Source: Tubulanus polymorphus (lineage: Eukaryota > Animalia > Nemertea). From it: DNA of 64,000 nt. The stretch spans positions 4,612,231-4,676,230 of the forward strand of contig NC_134033.1 of assembly GCF_964204645.1 (NCBI RefSeq), written 5' to 3'. Positions 60,601 through 64,000 of the stretch are shown here, piece after piece. Under the pieces are notes generated by a model. That model searched no databases. It saw only the letters and a program-made list of their open reading frames with translations, and was not told the DNA's origin. Each line of letters opens with the position of its first letter. Within the stretch, counting starts at the first letter, position 1. The translations under genes and the position numbers were made by a program.

Positions 60601-63600
60601 TGAATAATCCACGAGGATCGACGAACTGGGTTCGATTCCCGTGTCAAATCGAGGAGACGCACACGACATTCATTTTTGAATCTGAGAGAATCGACATCAA
60701 ACACAAACACAATTCAACGATAAACGATGCGAACAATTCAACAAATACAGACTTAAATAAAACCATAGATCAAATGATTTCCGATGATACTTTGATAAAT
60801 TCAACCTGTTCAAGAGGTTGGGTAACTATTTCCGGACAATGTTATCAAATACTAACCGACTGGAAAAACAATCGAGGTTTGAATATTCGGAGTGCTAGAG
60901 AAATGTGTCACAGCATCCGCGCCGAAATAGTAAGAATCTTTTCAAATACAGGAAGCGATATGAACTATCTGGTCGGCAAATTCCAATATCGACATCAATA
61001 TGGCGCTATACTGACAATTGACCGCGACGGTTTTAAAGTTATCAAACCATTGGTGACCAGAAATGAAATTACTTATATTCAATCAGTTAAATGGTTATTG
61101 AAACCTTTCGATAATGCAAAAGATAAAGTGCATTCCGTGATGTGTACCTATAATGTAACTGCTAAAGAGTTAGCTTCTATAAGCGGTTGTAAATCGTGGC
61201 AGTTTGAATGTAACGATCAAAGATGTATCAGCGACCATCGCGTATGTGATACCAGACACGACTGTCAACACGGTGAAGATGAACTCAATTGTACGGATAT
61301 CAATTTACACAGTCAGTTCCGCTGTAACGATGGACAGGTTATATCGATTAGCGGTTTCTGTGACTTTATGAGAGATTGCGTCGATGGCTCGGATGAGAAC
61401 TCGTGCTATCATCCACCGTGTTTATCTACGCAATATCGCTGTTCCAATCACCAATGTATGGATAGTTATAAACGATGTGACGGACTAGCCAACTGTAAAG
61501 ACGGTTCCGATGAGATGGGATGCACTGCCGAACTTTGTCAGGGGTTCTCGTGCTCGGACGGTGATTGTATTAGTTCCCAGTTGTATCGGGATGGTGTCGT
61601 GGATTGTAGCGGAAGTCTCGAAGAAGACGAATTGATCACTAATATGACAGTGAATCCTGAGGTTTACTGTAATAATGACAATCACTGTACGACTCGTTTC
61701 ACAGATCTGTGTAAGGAATCGGATGAACAAAGATGTTCGTTCAATTCTCCTCGCTGTTATTCCCGACACGAAAGATGTATATTAGAAAGGATGCCGATTG
61801 GTTTCCCGGTATGTAGAAATCTTGAACATATACTGGCGTGTAATGACTTCGAGTGCGCGGTTGGTACTGTAAAATGTCCGTTATCTTACTGTATACCGAT
61901 CAGACACGTTTGTGACGGTCGATCCGATTGTCCTAATTCAGAAGATGAACGCAACTGCGAGACTTGGTCGTGTCCGGGAATGTTTAAATGTGGCCAGGGA
62001 AATCGATGTATTCCGCAATCTGAAGTTTGCGACGGTGTCGTTAATTGTAAATATAACTCGGATGACGAGTCATACTGTAAGGTCACGTGTCCTGAACGTT
62101 GTAATTGCCGGGGTCATTTCATCGATTGTGAAAATGCTCTTTTATCGGATATTACTGGTCGTTTTATAGAATCAACTCGGGTTTTGATTTTATCGAATAA
62201 CCGAGTCGTATTTAACGAGTCGACATTCAACTCTTTCATTTATCTTCGTTTTCTCGATATTTCGGGCAATAATTTGTCTTACATCGTTCCCTACGCGTTT
62301 TCTAATCTAAACAATCTTTACAGATTAGACCTTACACACAACCGCATAACATCATTATCTGCTAATACATTCGCAGGTTTGATCGGTTTGAAAGAACTAT
62401 TTCTTATCGGAAATCCGCTGCAACACTTAGAAGACGGTAGTTTCCGAGGTCTGACGTCACTTACTGTCCTCGATCTTCACGGACTTTCTATATCGGTTCT
62501 CGGTGAAAATGTATTTAAAGGTTTATCCGCATTACAGTCGTTAAATATCAGCAGTAACAGAATACATTATTAACAGAATACATTATATTTCCAGTTCCGC
62601 TTTTTCTGCACTGGCTAAACTAGAAACGCTAGACCATGTCAACAATTCCGAAGTGATATTCGTAAAAAGAAACGTTCTAAGCGATCTTACATCATTGAAA
62701 TACCTCGCTTCGGATGCTTACAAATTTTGCTGCATGGCACCGAATGTTGACCGATGTCTTCCCGAAGCTGACGAATTTTCGACCTGCTCTGACCTGATGG
62801 GTAACGCTGTACTGAGAGCCATCATCTGGATGATCGCATCTTTCAGTTTTCTCGCTAACAGTATCGTTATTTTAATTCGCGTTCAAGCTTTGCGGGTCGA
62901 ATCCTCCGGAACACGTAACACATCTTCTGATATCCTCATCATAAATATTGCCGGTTGTGATTTTCTGATGTCGGTCTATTTGTTTTTGATCGCAGGAGCT
63001 GACCACGCGTTCAAGGGTATTTATTATCTGAATTCTGAAACCTGGACGAATAGCTCATTATGCCGTCTCGCCGGGGTTATTGTCACCGTTTCGTGCGAAG
63101 GTTCCTTAACTTTTCTCTTAATTCTAACGCGTTATAGATATTCAAATATCGTCAACCCGTTTTCTGGAAGTCCAATTATAACTCCAAAATACGTTATCGG
63201 TATTTGCTGCATTTGTTGGCTCGTTATTGGCACAGTTTCTATTATACCGCTGTCATCGTCGTCTTACTTCGGAGACAATTTCTACGGTACAACCGGAGTT
63301 TGTTTGCCTATGAATTTACTGACGATCGACGTCAATGGCTGGCACTATTCATTCGCTATTTTTGCCTTGCTTAATGCGGCAATATTGGCTACGATTATGA
63401 CGACGTACGTTCAGATGTATAGACTCGTAGAAGGAGTTTAGTAATCAATCTTTGTAATTTATTTTGCTGGCTACCGATAATAATCGTTCAGTTTTGCGCC
63501 GTATTTTCGGTCGAGATACCGAACCAGGTGGCCGCTTGGCTGGCCGTTCTATTTTTACCGATCAACTCGTCTCTGAATCCGCTTCTTTATACAATACTAA

Positions 63601-63668
63601 CTATCGATATGAAATCTATTCGTGAACGCAACAAAAGACGACTAGGATTGATGACATCCAGTAAATAA
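57668..63668 (+). pseudogene. GRL101-like LGR: signal peptide, CUB-like domains, C-type lectin domains, ~6-7 LDLa repeats, LRRs, rhodopsin-type 7TM; two frameshifting lesions
   Basis: LDLa CD...DC.DGSDE; LRRs; hinge YKFCC...DEFSTCSDLM; TM7 PINSSLNPLLY. Short introns near 58897-58992 and 60351-60437. Lesions: 16-bp duplication at 62555-62586 and a frameshifting loss of ICL3 at ~63437. Confidence 0.85.
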
Positions 63669-64000
63669 TCAATGTAAAGCTATATCTATGTTCAATATTT
63701 GATATCTCACGAACGAATCCGATTCAATGAAACGTTTTCTTATTCCAAAACGTTACGATTCAAATTTCCCGAATCGAATTTTTTTAATGATATTTTGAAA
63801 TAGAATTGATTTCGAGCAATGAGTATTCAAAGTAAACTTGTAAAGTTGACTTTCATCTGGTGTAGTTACTGTTTTTTCCACTCAAGAAAAATACCACCTG
63901 ATATCTCTACTTTTAATCGTTCACATAATGGGAGTTATTTGACATCGTAAATAGAAGTTTAATTGAAAATAAATTATAAATTATTCCGATTTCGAGAGTT

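Larger units (their letters stand above)
54695..61115. repeat. Inverted segmental duplication partner of ~1162-9000
   Basis: Shared receptor exons, upstream region, 7TM remnant, solo LTR and flank in reverse complement; a non-matching block lies at ~56437-57095. Confidence 0.9.

Overview
AT-rich, intron-containing animal (invertebrate-like) genomic DNA dominated by mobile elements. Both ends carry copies of a GRL101/LGR-type receptor gene (signal peptide, CUB-like domains, C-type lectin, LDLa repeats, LRRs, 7TM) in an inverted segmental duplication (~1162-9000 vs ~54695-61115). The left copy is cut by the terminus of a Polinton-like element and by a solo LTR; the right copy is near full length but has two frameshifting lesions. 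From 9764 to ~26925 lies an endogenous Polinton/Maverick-like virus: packaging ATPase, chromodomain rve integrase, HNH-like protein, Zn-finger protein, probable major capsid protein and a membrane protein, with no DNA polymerase visible. Its terminus is a ~415-bp fold-back palindrome. The capsid gene is split by a very young, intact chromodomain Ty3/Gypsy element (333-bp LTRs, ATCA TSD, -1 gag/pol frameshift, third TM-containing ORF). The middle holds a Zator transposon nested in a TTAA-flanked MITE, a two-exon LRAT/NC-domain gene, two nested MULE-like non-autonomous elements, a degenerate telomere-like array, decayed CxC5/CxC6 (KDZ-associated) genes and a dead LINE RT. Family assignments come from motif recognition only; no searches were run.
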